A stretch of DNA of 64,000 nt from Candidatus Marinacidobacterales bacterium (GTDB taxonomy: Bacteria > Acidobacteriota > Vicinamibacteria > Marinacidobacterales > DATDRI01): contig CBDCNP010000002.1 of the NCBI GenBank assembly GCA_965219415.1, forward strand, positions 576,001 to 640,000, read 5' to 3'. The position numbers were made by a program, and so were the translations under genes. Below the pieces are notes generated by a model. It ran no database searches, had not been told where the DNA came from, and saw only the letters and a list, made by a program, of their open reading frames with translations. Shown piece after piece: positions 21,609 to 32,955 of the stretch (its first letter is position 1; the number at the start of each line of letters is the position of its first letter).

Positions 21609-22993
21609 GGGTCTACGCGGATTCGTGTGGGTTGAAAACTGCATTTTTGGGTAATGGCGGAAGGAAAGCCGCCACGATCTTCAGCTTGAGATATTCCTCG
21701 TCGCGATAGCCGTAGGCGCGTCGTTGCAGAACACGGATTTTGTTGTTGACCCCTTCAACTAGGCCGAGACTGACTTTGTTCTCCGGATGACAGTAGGAGG
21801 CGATACCATCTCAATGGGACTCAATCATACCGGCGAACTTCTGGTACGGATGCAGGCGTTGCCATTTGAGGCTGTCTTTCCAACGGGTGAAAAAGGCGCG
21901 AGCGCCGCGTTCGGTGCGGTAATCCCAGAGTTGCCCGAAGGCCTCCTTCAAAATATAGGCGGTGTTCAGGCGCCGGTTGGCCTGGAGCAACTTTTTGAGT
22001 GCGCGGCGACCGTCTAGGCTCAGGTTCTCCCGCCGGGAAAGCAAAGTGTAACGCTGCCCCTTGATGTACGACCGGTCCTTGCCGCTGAGGCGTTTGTACT
22101 CACCGCGCCGGACCTCATCGAGGGCCTTTGACAGATGACGCATGATATGAAACTTGTCGAAGATGATCCGCGCATTAGGCGCGTTGTGAATCACCGAGTT
22201 CCGGAAGGGCTTCCACATATCCATGGCGGCCAGCTTGATACGGGCGCTTTTCTTTCCGCCCAGCGCCTTGAAGAACAAATCGATGTCGGTTTCTTTACGA
22301 CCCTCACCGCCCACCCAGATGGGACGCGCCCGCTCCAGGTCGCTGACAATGACGCGATAGTTATGTCCCTTGCGGATGGAGATCTCATCGACACCGATGG
22401 CCCGAGGCGCCGGTAGCCCCGCCCGGTCGACCTGCTCTTGCATGTAGAGCGTATCCAGAGCCTTCACCGTACCGTGGTGCAGACGTTCCATCTCGGCCAC
22501 CGCCTTGTTCGGCATATCCCGGCACAGCTTGCCCACATGCGTCGCAAAACGCTGGGTGTAGCGCGAGTTGTTCGCCAGCCAGTCTAGGTTGTTCTACATG
22601 CACACCGCCGCACCCAGAACAGTTGACGCGCCAACGCTCGTATTCCAGATAGATCCGCCAGCCTGCCAACGACAGGTCGCGGACCCGGCACACTTGCTTG
22701 TCATAGCGCCCCCGGCACCGTTGCCCACAGTAAGAGCACACAGCTGTTTTTTTCGCCTCTTGAGCTGGATGACGCGGGCGTATCGGTCACCGAATAGACC
22801 CTTCAATCCGGCACCAACCACGAAACCTGGCAGCGCAAACAGCGAGCGGATCGACTGGGAATTTTTCACTCGGTTAGCCTATCCTAAAAATGGACCACTT
22901 TTCAGCACCTGATGAAGTACTCGATACCTTTTCCACACAATGAGTTACACTGTTTTTCCGTCAGAACTTACCCACACGAATCCGCGTAAACCC
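21609..22993 (-). mobile_element. ISL3-family insertion sequence
   Basis: 24-bp IRs GGGTcTACGCGGATTCGTGTGGGT and ACCCACACGAATCCGCGTAaACCC; 8-bp duplication ACTTTATT at 21601-21608 and 22994-23001. Confidence 0.92.
21613..22869 (-). pseudogene. ISL3-family transposase, frameshifted
   Basis: Zn ribbon CSYC..CSGC, 'IGVDEISIRKGHNY', 'MDMWKPF', 'FDKFHI', 'EGVNNKIRVLQRRAYGYRD' over several frames. Confidence 0.88.
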
Positions 22994-24032
22994 ACTTTAT
23001 TTCCACACCTTCTGAGGGTAGCTCGGCGAATCTCGCTCCTCTGTTTCCAACGCTCGGACGGCGAGCTCCTGTGGGAGGTCTTTGCACCCAAGGCCACGCC
23101 GGAGAGTCCGCACCGCAAGAATGGACACGCCTCGGGAACACCGACAACCGATGGTGTGCGCGTCTACGCGTATCTAGGAAATCATGGCCTCATGGCGGTG
23201 GACCTCGCCGGCAAGGTGGCATGGCATCGGCCCTTCGCCGAGATGCCAGCCTTCCACGGCACTGCGGGCTCTCCCCTGATCTACAAAGACAGTGTCATCC
23301 TCTACCAGGACCACGAGGGTGGCACTTCGTTCGTGGCCGCGTTCGACAAGACCTCGGGCAAGGTGAAGTGGTCGACCCATCGCGACGAGACCGTGGGTTG
23401 GGGAACGCCCATCGTGATCCGCGTTGGGGACCGTGACGAGCTCATCGTGAGCAGTCAGAAACGTGTCTATGCGTACGATCCCGATACCGGCAAGGAGCTT
23501 TGGACCTGTGGCGGAAATCTATACGAAGTCATCCCCACCCCGGTTGTCGGCCACGGCCTCGTGTATTGTTCTTCAGGACGTGCCGGTCCGACCTTGGCGA
23601 TCCGACCCGGCGGCAGCGGCGACGTGACGGATACTCACGTGGTTTGGAAGAGCCCCAAAAGCTCTCCTTTCGTCCCCTCACCACTCCTGTACGACGACAC
23701 TACCTCTACATGGTGAATGACATGCTGAGCGTCGCGACGTGCTATGACGCGAAGAGTGGTGACGTCATGTGGCAAGGACGCCTCGGTGAGACGCAGCGGG
23801 AGGGATTCTCGGCCTCCCCGATCGGAGCGCAAGACAAGGTCTTCTTCACCAACGACCTGGGCGATACTTTTGTCTTGAAAGCCGGGCCGGAGTTCGAATT
23901 GCTACACGTCAACCGGCTCAATCAGCGAACGCTCGCTTCGCCCGCTTTGGTGGACGGTCATTGGTTCTTCCGGACCGAGAGTCACCTATTGAAGATCGGC
24001 AGCTGATTCGTACCGCCAAGGGAAACGGACGC

Positions 24033-24641
24033 CTAATCGGTCTCGGGCTTCTTCTTGGTGTAGACGATCTCCATGCTCTTCTGTTCGTTACCGTCCCCGT
24101 CTATCATGAACATCTCCAAGACGTACTTGTCCTCGCTCTCGATGCCAATCACGATCTTGCTCTTGACCGGCTTGCTCGTCATCGGGTCGAACCACTCGGA
24201 GTGGAAGACGATCGCGTTCTCTCCGGCGTCCCACTCGCCTTCGCTATAAGCGAGAGCGGTGCTCACACTATCGATCCAGGTGGACACGAACTTCTTTTTA
24301 AGGTTGTCGTATGCCCAGATACCCATTCCGTGGAACGTCTGCCCCATCATGTCGCCCTTGTACTCTTGATGTAGGTAACGCCCGTTGTAGAGCATCTTAT
24401 TCGCGCTCTTCCCCTTGGACTCTTGTGGCGGGGCCGAAGGATCCATCCAAAACTTGCTATGTGCATCCCACTCGCCGGCTAGGGCTTCGAGTTTCGTGTG
24501 GGGTTCGCCAGGCGTGGCCGCCTTCTCCATCGCTTCCATCATGGCCTTGTCTTCGGCGCTCATTTCCTGCGCCCAAGCGCCGGCTCCGAGGCCGATGACA
24601 AGGGTAAAGGTAAGACAAAACGCAAAAGTGAATGTTTTCAT
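24033..24641 (-). CDS. DUF1579-family exported protein
   Basis: Signal peptide; 'ATPGEPH..L..LAGEW', 'GRYL', 'F.GMG..AYDN..KKFVSTWIDS', 'MEIVY'. Confidence 0.8.
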   Translation of the reverse strand: MKTFTFAFCLTFTLVIGLGAGAWAQEMSAEDKAMMEAMEKAATPGEPHTKLEALAGEWDAHSKFWMDPSAPPQESKGKSANKMLYNGRYLHQEYKGDMMGQTFHGMGIWAYDNLKKKFVSTWIDSVSTALAYSEGEWDAGENAIVFHSEWFDPMTSKPVKSKIVIGIESEDKYVLEMFMIDGDGNEQKSMEIVYTKKKPETD

Positions 24642-24779
24642 GATTGGTTCCTCTCCGGATAGAGATTTTCGTCTGAGATTGAGTGGCCGAAGATACCCCC
24701 GCTCCATGAGCGTGTCAACCAGCTAAAGGCACTTCTTGCGGTCGTTCTTATGATCTAACATGGTTCTCACGTACCGTCG

Positions 24780-25499
24780 ATGAGCGACGACAACCTCTAC
24801 TTCCGCCAGCTACTTGCCGGACGGGATTTCGCTCGCAAGAATCCGATTGCCGGGCAGATGGTCAATTTCTGCTACCTCATCGGAGACCGCTCGACCCGGA
24901 AGGCGGTCGTGGTGGATCCGGCTTGGAACGTCAAAGATCTGGTCGACGCCGCGGAAAAGGACGGCATGGAGCTAGTCGGCGCCCTAGCCACTCACTACCA
25001 TCCCGATCACGTGGGTGGTGACCTCTTCGGCCACGATATCGAAGGACTGGCTCGACTCCTCGAGTTGAAGGGCATGAAGGTACACGTTCAGAAACCGGAA
25101 GCCGAGGGCGTCCGCCTCATGACGGGGTTGTCCGATACCGACCTGACGCTCCACGACGGCGGCGACCGGCTGAGCCTCGGTGACGTCGAAATCGAGTTCG
25201 TTCACACACCGGGACATACACCGGGGAGCCAGTGCTTCCTGGTGCGCGGCCGCCTAGTCTCGGGCGACACGCTTTTCGTTCAGGGATGTGGCCGAGTCGA
25301 CCTTCCGGGGGGCGATCCCGAAGAGATGTATCGGACCCTGACCGAGCGCTTGTCCAAGCTACCCGACGACGTGGTGCTCTACCCCGGTCACGACTACGCG
25401 GAAAAGCCGACCTCGACGCTCGGCGAGCAACGCCAGACCAACTATGCACTTCGTGTGTCCAGTTTGGATGACTGGCTCCGGATGATGGGACGCGGGTGA
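24780..25499 (+). CDS. MBL-fold metallohydrolase (glyoxalase II-like)
   Basis: THYHPDH, HTPGHTPGS, SGDTLF..GCGR, YPGHDY. Confidence 0.9.
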   Translation: MSDDNLYFRQLLAGRDFARKNPIAGQMVNFCYLIGDRSTRKAVVVDPAWNVKDLVDAAEKDGMELVGALATHYHPDHVGGDLFGHDIEGLARLLELKGMKVHVQKPEAEGVRLMTGLSDTDLTLHDGGDRLSLGDVEIEFVHTPGHTPGSQCFLVRGRLVSGDTLFVQGCGRVDLPGGDPEEMYRTLTERLSKLPDDVVLYPGHDYAEKPTSTLGEQRQTNYALRVSSLDDWLRMMGRG

Positions 25500-25714
25500 G
25501 CGGAAAAACGCGGGGCCCGAAAGAAATAACGCCGTCCCGGATTATTCACCTCAGAAATCATCCTTCGAGGATTCCTCCGGACAACATTCCGCTGCTCACG
25601 ATTTGTGCAAACTGGAGGAGCGCTTACGGTGACGCGGGTCCGGAGACATCCGTCGACAAGTTCTCAACACCCATTTCCACAGAAAATGTTAGTCGAGGCC
25701 CGCACGTCTCTTAA

Positions 25715-26858
25715 ATGACCTACCTGACTCTCGCCCTTTTCGTCTTTTGGGGGCTTCTCACGATTCAGACGATCGTAAACTTACTCGTCTTTCGGCGACT
25801 GAAACCCGCCGACCCGCCCGGCGAACGAGCGAATTGGCCGATGGTGTCTATTGTCATACCCGCGCGCAACGAAGAAAGAGACATCGGCCTGACGTTGGAT
25901 GCGGCTTTAGCACAAGACTATCCCAGCTTCGAAGTCGTCGTCGTCGATGACGGCTCGACCGACGGCACGGCAAAAGAGATGCCAGCGACCCGCGGCTCGT
26001 GCCAGTATCCTGCCCTCCCCTCCCCGAAGGATGGTTGGGCAAACCACATGCTCTGTCCAACGGGACCGCGATCGCCCGCGGGCGATGGCTTCTCTTGATG
26101 GACGCCGACGTTCGCTTGGCTCCCGCTGCGCTCCGCCAAGGGGTCGGCCGCGCGGCGTCGGAAGGCTGGGATCACCTTGCACTCCTACCTCACTTCGAAC
26201 GGGAGGGGTTTTGGGAGGGGGTCGCCATGCCCTCCCTACCGGTCTTCTTTTTCATTTTCTCCCCTCGTTCGTCGCGCTCTCCCGACGTCGAAAGTTGGCC
26301 TTCGGCGGTGGCGCCTTCAACCTCGTTCGGCGGGAAGCCTACGACACGATCGGCGGCCATAGCCGGCTTGCCGCCTCGGTCGTCGACGACGTCCGCCTGG
26401 CGATTGAGCTGAAAGCGGCTGGATTCAACACTCGCATGCAGCTTGGGCCTTCCCTGCTGCGAATCCGCATGTACCGAGGGCTGGGCGAGATCGTCGAGGG
26501 ATTCACCAAGAACGCTCACGCTGTCTGGAGAGGTCGCGAGCCCCTTCTTGTCGTCGCGTCCTCAGTGCTCCTGGCTCTGAACGTCTTTCCTTTCTTTTGG
26601 CTGCCCTGGGCAATGAGCATTCCATCCCAGGCCTTGTCCCCACCGCTGGTGTGGCTCGGAGCGAGCCTGGCGCTGCTCGTGGCGTGCCGATCGGCGATCC
26701 AATGGTGGTTGGGCTTCCCCTGGTGGCCGATACTGTTTCACCCGCTATCGGTCCTCGTAGGCTTCGTGATCGTGGCTCGCTCGCTGCGTATGGTCTACGT
26801 GGAAGGGATCGTCCGGTGGCGGGGTCGAGAATACCGGAGCGACACGACGAGTTTCTGA
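25715..26858 (+). CDS. Glycosyltransferase family 2 (HpnB/CrtQ-like), frameshifted
   Basis: 'VSIVIPARNEE', 'VVDDGSTDGT', 'PEGWLGKPHAL', 'MDADV', 'DDVRLA', 'RMY', C-terminal 'WRGREY' over three frames. Confidence 0.85.
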
Positions 26859-27034
26859 CCTTCACGGTTTCCACTCGCCCCTTCGCCCTCGACGTCCGCT
26901 TGCGCCACACTCCCATCCCGGAAACGAACGCCTCGAAACAATAGGACCGGCTAAGTACGGTTTCTAGGGGCTTGCGAATGGCATTCATGTTGCACATCCT
27001 TGTCGTTGGGAGCCCTTAGCGAAACGGGAAAGTC

Positions 27035-29496
27035 ATGGATACCTTGCTCCAAGACCTCCGCTACGGCATCCGGACGCTTCTCAAGCGGCCCGGGTTCACT
27101 TTGGTGGTCGCCTTGACGCTCGCGCTCGGAATCGGCTCGAACACCACCATATTCAGCGTGGTGAATAGCGTCCTTCTTAGGCCGCTTCCCTATCACGACC
27201 CCGCAAACCTCGTCCTGCTGAAGACAGTGCTGCCCGAGCAAGGGCGGGTCCGACCTGCCAGCTCCGGGCCCGAGCTCTTCGACTACCGCCAGCAGTCCAG
27301 ATCGTTCTCTCGGCTGGGAGGAATCTGGTACCGGCCGGGTGCCCTGACCGACGATGCCATCGAGCCCGAAAGAGATCGATATGGGATTCGTCTCGGCAGG
27401 TTTTTTGGACACGCTCGGGATCGAGCCGACAATGGGCCGTTTCATCGCCGACGAAGAAGACATCGTCAACTCCCCCCCGCGTCATCGTGCTCGCACATTC
27501 GCTTTGGAAGCGCCGCTATGGGGCCGACCCGAACATCGTGGGCAGCCCGATAGAGTTCGACGGGATTCCCCATACGGTCGTGGGCGTCATGCCCGAGGGT
27601 TTCCAAATGCTCTTGCCTCCCGAAGCCGGGGTGCCGGCGCGACTCGACGCCTGGGTCTCGTGGAATGGCGGATATGACCAACTTCTTCGCGGGTGGAGAA
27701 TCTTTACTCTCGTGGGCCGCCTGGCGCCGAAGGTGACCGTCGAGCAAGCACAGGCAGAGATACGAACCGTGGCCGAGAGAGTCGAGGCCGACAACTTCGA
27801 GGACTATGAAGGCTCGGGACTCGACATCGAGCTCGACCGACTGCATAGCGATGTCGTAGCTCAAGTGCGACCGAGCCTCCTGCTACTTCTTGGTGCGGCT
27901 GGTTTCGTCCTGCTCATCGCGTGTGCCAACGTCGCCAACCTCTTTCTCGTCTGCGCCAGCGGAACCGAGAGCGAGATGGTGGTGCGAGCGGCACTCGGTG
28001 CCAGTCGTTGGCGTCTCCTCCGACAGCGCGTGACGGAAAGCGCCCTCATCTCCTCCCTTGGTGCCGGGCTGGGTTTGTTATTGGCCCAGCGGGGCATCGA
28101 AGGCTTGAAGCTCCTTCAACCCGGAAACTTGCCGCGCGTGGACGAGCTCAGCCTGGACTGGCGGGTTCTCGGTCTGGTGATGGCGACAGCCGTCCTGACC
28201 GCGCTGGTTTTCGGCGCGGTGTCTTCGGTCCGCATCTTCCGAAAGGGTGATGACTCGGTAGCCCTCAAAGTGGGGGCGCGATCTCTCGGCGATTCCGGCC
28301 GTCAACGCACGCGCCGACTTCTGGTTGTAGGTGAATTGGCTCTTTCGTTCATGCTTCTGGTCGGCGCAGGGTTGCTCGTCAGAAGCTTCGTGCTCCTGGC
28401 GGGAGTCGACCCCGGGTTCAACCCGGGGGGCGTACTCACGATGAAACTGTCCTTAGTCGACAGCCACTATCGGTACAGCGAGCCTCTGAAGATGGCGGAG
28501 TTCTACCGACAGCTTCTCTCCCGCGTCAAAGATCTCCCGGGCGTCGAGGCGGTGGGTGCGGCAACCGAGCTCCCACTGGACGGGCAGTCATTCCACCTCG
28601 CGCCATACGCCTATGAGACCCCGGAAGGTGTGCTCGAGTGGGATAGGGTCGCCGCCAACTACCTCACGGTGACTCCTGGTTGGTTCGAGTCCATCGGCGC
28701 GCGACTGAAAGTAGGACGTTTCTTCGAATGGACAGACGATCTCGATCATCCAAACGTGGTCATCATCGATGACAAGTTGGCGCAAATGGTTTGGCCGGGG
28801 CGCGATCCAATCGGTGAGCGTCTACAGATCGAGGTCTACTTGAACGGCGGTCGACCCGTATGGGCCGAAGTCATCGGTGTCGTCGAGCATCTTCGACAGC
28901 ATCCCAGCCAGATCGGTGTCGAACAAGTCTACGTCCCGCACCAACAGTCGCCCATGCGCACGATGGCCCTCGCCATTCGAAGCGATGTCGACGATCGGAC
29001 CGTGGCCGGCGCGGTCAGGAACGAAGTGCGCCAGCTCAATGCCGACCAGCCGGTTCACGGCGTGCGCCCCTACGCAGAGTATTTCGCCGAGTCGATGGCC
29101 GCTACTCGGTTTTCGCTCTCACTTTTGGCTCTGTTCGCAGTGATGGCGCTCGCTCTCGCTTCGGTAGGGATCTACGGGGTCATCGCCTACAGCGTTAGCC
29201 AACGAACGAGGGAGATCGGCGTTCGGCTCGCCATGGGTGCGACGCCACAACGAATTCTCAGATCGATACTCGGACAAGGGGCGGTCCTGACCGTGGCGGG
29301 CTTGACGCTCGGGTTGCTCGGAGCGGTCACGCTCTCGAGCTTCCTCGCTAGCTTTCTTTACGGCGTCACCGCGACCGATCCACTAACCTTCACGACGATT
29401 CCAATCGTGTTGGCTCTGGTGGCACTGGCTGCCTGCTACCTGCCGGCGCGTCGTGCCTCGCGGCTCGAGCCGACGCGGGCGTTGCGAGAAGAGTAG
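27035..29496 (+). CDS. ADOP-family (acidobacterial duplicated orphan) ABC permease, frameshifted near 27370 and 27480
   Basis: '[21 protein letters not shown]', '[12 protein letters not shown]', '[14 protein letters not shown]', '[17 protein letters not shown]'. Confidence 0.9.
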
Positions 29497-29521
29497 TTCG
29501 AAAAGAACTGGAGGTTTTGCA

Positions 29522-30310
29522 ATGAGCACCTTGTTTCAACAATTCCGATTGGCTCGTCGCCGTCATAGCGGCTTCGGTCTTCGCCCTGCTTCCGCGCCTG
29601 CCAGAGTCGGTCGCGGTGGGGGGCGGCGCCCGCTTCGGGCAACGCGCCACTGCCGGGGTCGCTGGACGCCGCATGCAACGATTGCTCGTCGTCTCTCAGA
29701 TAGCCGTTTGCTTCGTGCTTCTCATCGGCGCCACCTTACTTCTGCGAACGCTTTTCAACCTGCAGCAAGCCGAGGCGGGAGTGGATGCAGAAGAAGTGCT
29801 CGCGATGGAGGTCCCGATTCTCGGTGCACGCTCCACCGACGAACGGCGCACTTATTACCAGACGATCCGTGAACGCGTGGCAGCCTTGCCCAGCGTACGC
29901 GATGCTGCTCTCGGGAGCGTCGTTCCGTTGCGCGGGGCGCCGACCGGGCTCGCTGCCTTTCTCACGACAATGGAGTTTCGCATCGAGGGCCGGGAGGCGG
30001 AACCGGGTGCCCCCCAGCCACGAGCCGACTACCGCAGCGTGAGTACCGAGTACTTTCGGACTTTGGGCATCACCTTGATGAACGGACGCTGGCTCGAGGG
30101 GACGGACCGCGCCGACGCTTCTAAAGTTGTCGTGATCAACCAGTCGTTCGCGAAACGCTACTTTCCCGATCAAGACCCGGTGGGGAGGCGTATCGCCTGG
30201 AGCGGTGACATCGTGAGCCGCATCGGCATCAGTGACGAGTGGCGGACGATTGTAGGCGTGGTCTCGGACACCAAGGACTATGGCGTCGATGCCCAGGTCC
30301 CGCACGCGGT
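29522..30310 (+). pseudogene. Second ADOP permease remnant, internally deleted and truncated
   Basis: Start-like 'MSTLFQQFRLARR' jumps to the mid-protein 'RLLVVSQIAVCFVLLIGATLLLR'; ADOP similarity stops near 30310. Confidence 0.75.
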
Positions 30311-30790
30311 CTCGGGCGGCAAAGTAACCAGTCTGTTCCCCCGCAGCGATAAGAACGTCATGCTTCCCAGCTTACCAATCTCTGGACTGAGTTCTTCGAT
30401 CCGATTTCGTCCAAACGGAGAACTCTGAGCTTGCCAAGCTTTACTATTCCGTCCGGCAGGGCGGCAATCTGATTGTCGTTAACATAAAGCTCCTCCAAGC
30501 GCGAGAGAGCGCTAAGCTCGTCGGGCAGGGATCGCAGTTGGTTGTGGGATAGATAAAGTCGCTCGAGGGTTTTCACTCTGCCGATCTCGGGCGGCAGCAC
30601 GGTGAGTCCCCATGCCGAGAGGTCGAGCCATGACCGGCCTTGCCGTTCGGCTTCGCGAATGGCTATCATCGCGTTCCAAAACGATCGGAGCGCCTTCATT
30701 CCGTCTCCGAGAGACCGCACCTCCAGATTGGCCCCTGGAAGATCGTGGTCGACCGCCTCCAAGCGACCGCCCAGGTGTTGGGAAAGAAGC
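30311..30790 (-). pseudogene. Leucine-rich-repeat segment, probably the C-terminal extension of the S9 peptidase; truncated
   Basis: LRRs 'LDLSAWGLTVLPPEIG', 'LERLYLSHNQLRSLPDELS', 'LEELYVNDNQIAALPDGI' and, after a shift, 'IEELSPEIGKLGSMTFLSLRGNRLVTLPPE'. Confidence 0.75.
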
Positions 30791-32546
30791 CTTCGGTGAT
30801 GGCTTGGAAAGACAGCGTGTTCTCGGCTCGAACGAAGCCATGGCCTTCGTCGGGATAGCGCACACAGGTCACCGGAAGGCGGTGCGTTTGCATCGCCCGA
30901 ACCATCTGGTCCGATTCTCTTCGCTTCACGCACGGGTCGTTCATTCCGTGGCCGATAAGGAGAGGCTTACGGATGCGACGAGCATGGAGCGCAGGTGAGC
31001 GCTCCGCGAGTTGCCGGTACTCTTTTTTGTCGCGCGGTGCGCGAAAAATTTCACCGTTCGTCAGGTCCGAGCAACCCACTAAGTCGACGCCGCAGGCAAA
31101 AAGGTCTGGTGTAAACGCGAGGCCTGAGAGTGCCGCGTAACCGCCGTAGCTCGCACCCATGATCGCGATGCGCGACTTGTCGGCAATACCGAAATCAGCT
31201 GCCCAGGTGACCGCATCGATAAGATCGTTCTGCATCGCCCCGCCCCAGAGACCCCTGCCTGCGTTCACAAAGTCCTTTCCGAAACCCGTCGAGCCTCGAA
31301 AATTCACGCTCAGCACCGCGTATCCCCGATTCGCCAACCACTGATGATCCGGGTGGTAACCCCACTCATCGCGAGCGTGGGGCCCTCCGTGGACCAGCAG
31401 GACCATGGGCAAAGGCGTTGGCGGTCGAAGCCTCTCATCGCCGAGGTCCAACCACGCCGGCAAGGTCAAGTAGCTGTTGAGCAAGAGCCCATCGCGAGCC
31501 CGGATAGCAAGCTCTCGCATGCGGGCTAGATTCACTCGCTGCAGAGCTTCCCGAGCGGCGAAGAGGAAACGCGCCCGACGGTTCGTGCGGTCGTACAAGT
31601 AGTAGCGACCCGGCTCCACGTCGGATTCGTAAGTGACGAGCCAGAGCTCACCGTCTGTTGACTGCCTCACGACTCTCAGGCGGCCATGCTTGAACAGCGA
31701 TTGCAGGTATTTCTCATCGGAGAAGGCCCCCGTCTCTTCATTTTCAACGCCTTTATCGGATGTACTCTCCTCGCGGCCGGTAGCCACATCGATCGTTTTG
31801 AAGATGGGTTGGTCACCCACTCGGCTGTCGACCACGTGCACGAGCTCACCCGTGCTGTCCACACCCAGGATCTCGATGGTGAAGGAATCCTCACAGGGAA
31901 TCGTCAGAAGAGGCGTCCACCCCTCGGAGGGGCTCACTTTGAGTACTTCCCTATCCCCGTTTCGGTAGCGAATCGCCAACCGTACGCAGTAGTCATCGTC
32001 CAAGACCAAACGTTCGAAGACGTAGTTCATCAAGAAGAACGTCCGCTCGCCGGTCTCGACGTTCGCCTTGTATAGATCATAGTGATTGGCATCGCGCCCG
32101 TTGATCCCGATCATGATCTCCGAGGGTCGTTTAGCGCTCATTTTCTCGACGCGAGCAACACCGAGTAGCTTGCTCACTGCATTCGCCACCGGCCGACGTT
32201 CCGGCGCTCTTTTTGCATTGGAGAGGTTCCGGTCCTGTTTAGTAAATACATTCACCGAATGCACTTCCCTTTTCTCGTCACCGTCATAGTCCCGCACATA
32301 GATGATGTGCTCGTGGGTGTAAGCCCAGAAGTGGTACCGAATTCCGGGCTTCCTGGTGGACGTGATGGCTCGGGCGGCTTCCAGGTCCTCGGCCGGCGCC
32401 ACCCATATGTTCAGGACGCCGTCGACGGGCGCCAGGAAGCTTATGTGAGCGCCGTCTCGACTGAGGTCTACATCGGCCTTTTCCGGATTCCCGAAAAACA
32501 CGCTCCGAGGAATCAGGGGATCCTGTCGCCTGTGACTCACCGTCAT
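30696..32546 (-). CDS. S9 (prolyl oligopeptidase/acylaminoacyl peptidase) family peptidase
   Basis: 'LIPRSVFFGNPE', 'VHGGP', 'NFRGSTGFG', nucleophile GASYGG, 'NDPCV', 'DEGHG'. Confidence 0.9.
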   Translation of the reverse strand: MTVSHRRQDPLIPRSVFFGNPEKADVDLSRDGAHISFLAPVDGVLNIWVAPAEDLEAARAITSTRKPGIRYHFWAYTHEHIIYVRDYDGDEKREVHSVNVFTKQDRNLSNAKRAPERRPVANAVSKLLGVARVEKMSAKRPSEIMIGINGRDANHYDLYKANVETGERTFFLMNYVFERLVLDDDYCVRLAIRYRNGDREVLKVSPSEGWTPLLTIPCEDSFTIEILGVDSTGELVHVVDSRVGDQPIFKTIDVATGREESTSDKGVENEETGAFSDEKYLQSLFKHGRLRVVRQSTDGELWLVTYESDVEPGRYYLYDRTNRRARFLFAAREALQRVNLARMRELAIRARDGLLLNSYLTLPAWLDLGDERLRPPTPLPMVLLVHGGPHARDEWGYHPDHQWLANRGYAVLSVNFRGSTGFGKDFVNAGRGLWGGAMQNDLIDAVTWAADFGIADKSRIAIMGASYGGYAALSGLAFTPDLFACGVDLVGCSDLTNGEIFRAPRDKKEYRQLAERSPALHARRIRKPLLIGHGMNDPCVKRRESDQMVRAMQTHRLPVTCVRYPDEGHGFVRAENTLSFQAITEGFFPNTWAVAWRRSTTIFQGPIWRCGLSETE

Positions 32547-32776
32547 TTCGTCCCTCTTCTCGATTGGGCAGAAGTCAAGGGTAAAGTGGCGCCAAATCCC
32601 GGCCGGCCGATTCCAAGCTACGGGGGCTGGTCCCGCTCGGCGCTATTCAATTTTTTTGGCTGTTCATCTAACTAATGCGGAAAGTTGGGTCCTTTTGGCT
32701 CAACCAGAAGGGTTTTTTGAGGGGTCCGAAGGGGTTTTTCCCAACTGTTCGCCGAGGGGGGCCAGACGCGGCACTG

Positions 32777-32792
32777 CGTGATCCGGATCACA
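32777..32792. promoter_or_regulatory. CRP/FNR-family-like palindromic operator
   Basis: CGTGA-TCCGGA-TCACA versus consensus TGTGA-N6-TCACA; perfect 14-bp palindrome GTGATCCGGATCAC in a divergent intergenic region. Confidence 0.5.
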
Positions 32793-32955
32793 CTTCCTGA
32801 AAATCGGATTTTCTTCCATAATGGATTATGATAGGTTTACTGCGTGCTGTGACGGGAGTCGAAGACTCCGAGTGCGCCGTTCGCAGTTTCTACGAAGATC
32901 CCGTCTACCCCAGACGCGCCGCACTCGTGGCCGGCCCCTCGAAGCCCTTTAAGCC

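Larger units (their letters stand above)
20260..23024 (-). mobile_element. IS256-family element carrying a nested ISL3
   Basis: Imperfect terminal IRs GAGCTcttgTCAatAGGTGTGtAAAaAAGT and GAGCTacccTCAgaAGGTGTGgAAAtAAAGT; target duplication GGCGAATC at 20252-20259 and 23025-23032. Confidence 0.9.
19950..24006 (+). pseudogene. PQQ-like beta-propeller gene interrupted by IS256::ISL3
   Basis: 5' part 19950-20259 (WPRWRGP, ENVQWK, SSPIIWGDKVFLTTA) continues after 23024 (RISLLCFQRSDGELLWE...ASPA); 8-bp GGCGAATC duplication at both junctions. Confidence 0.85.
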
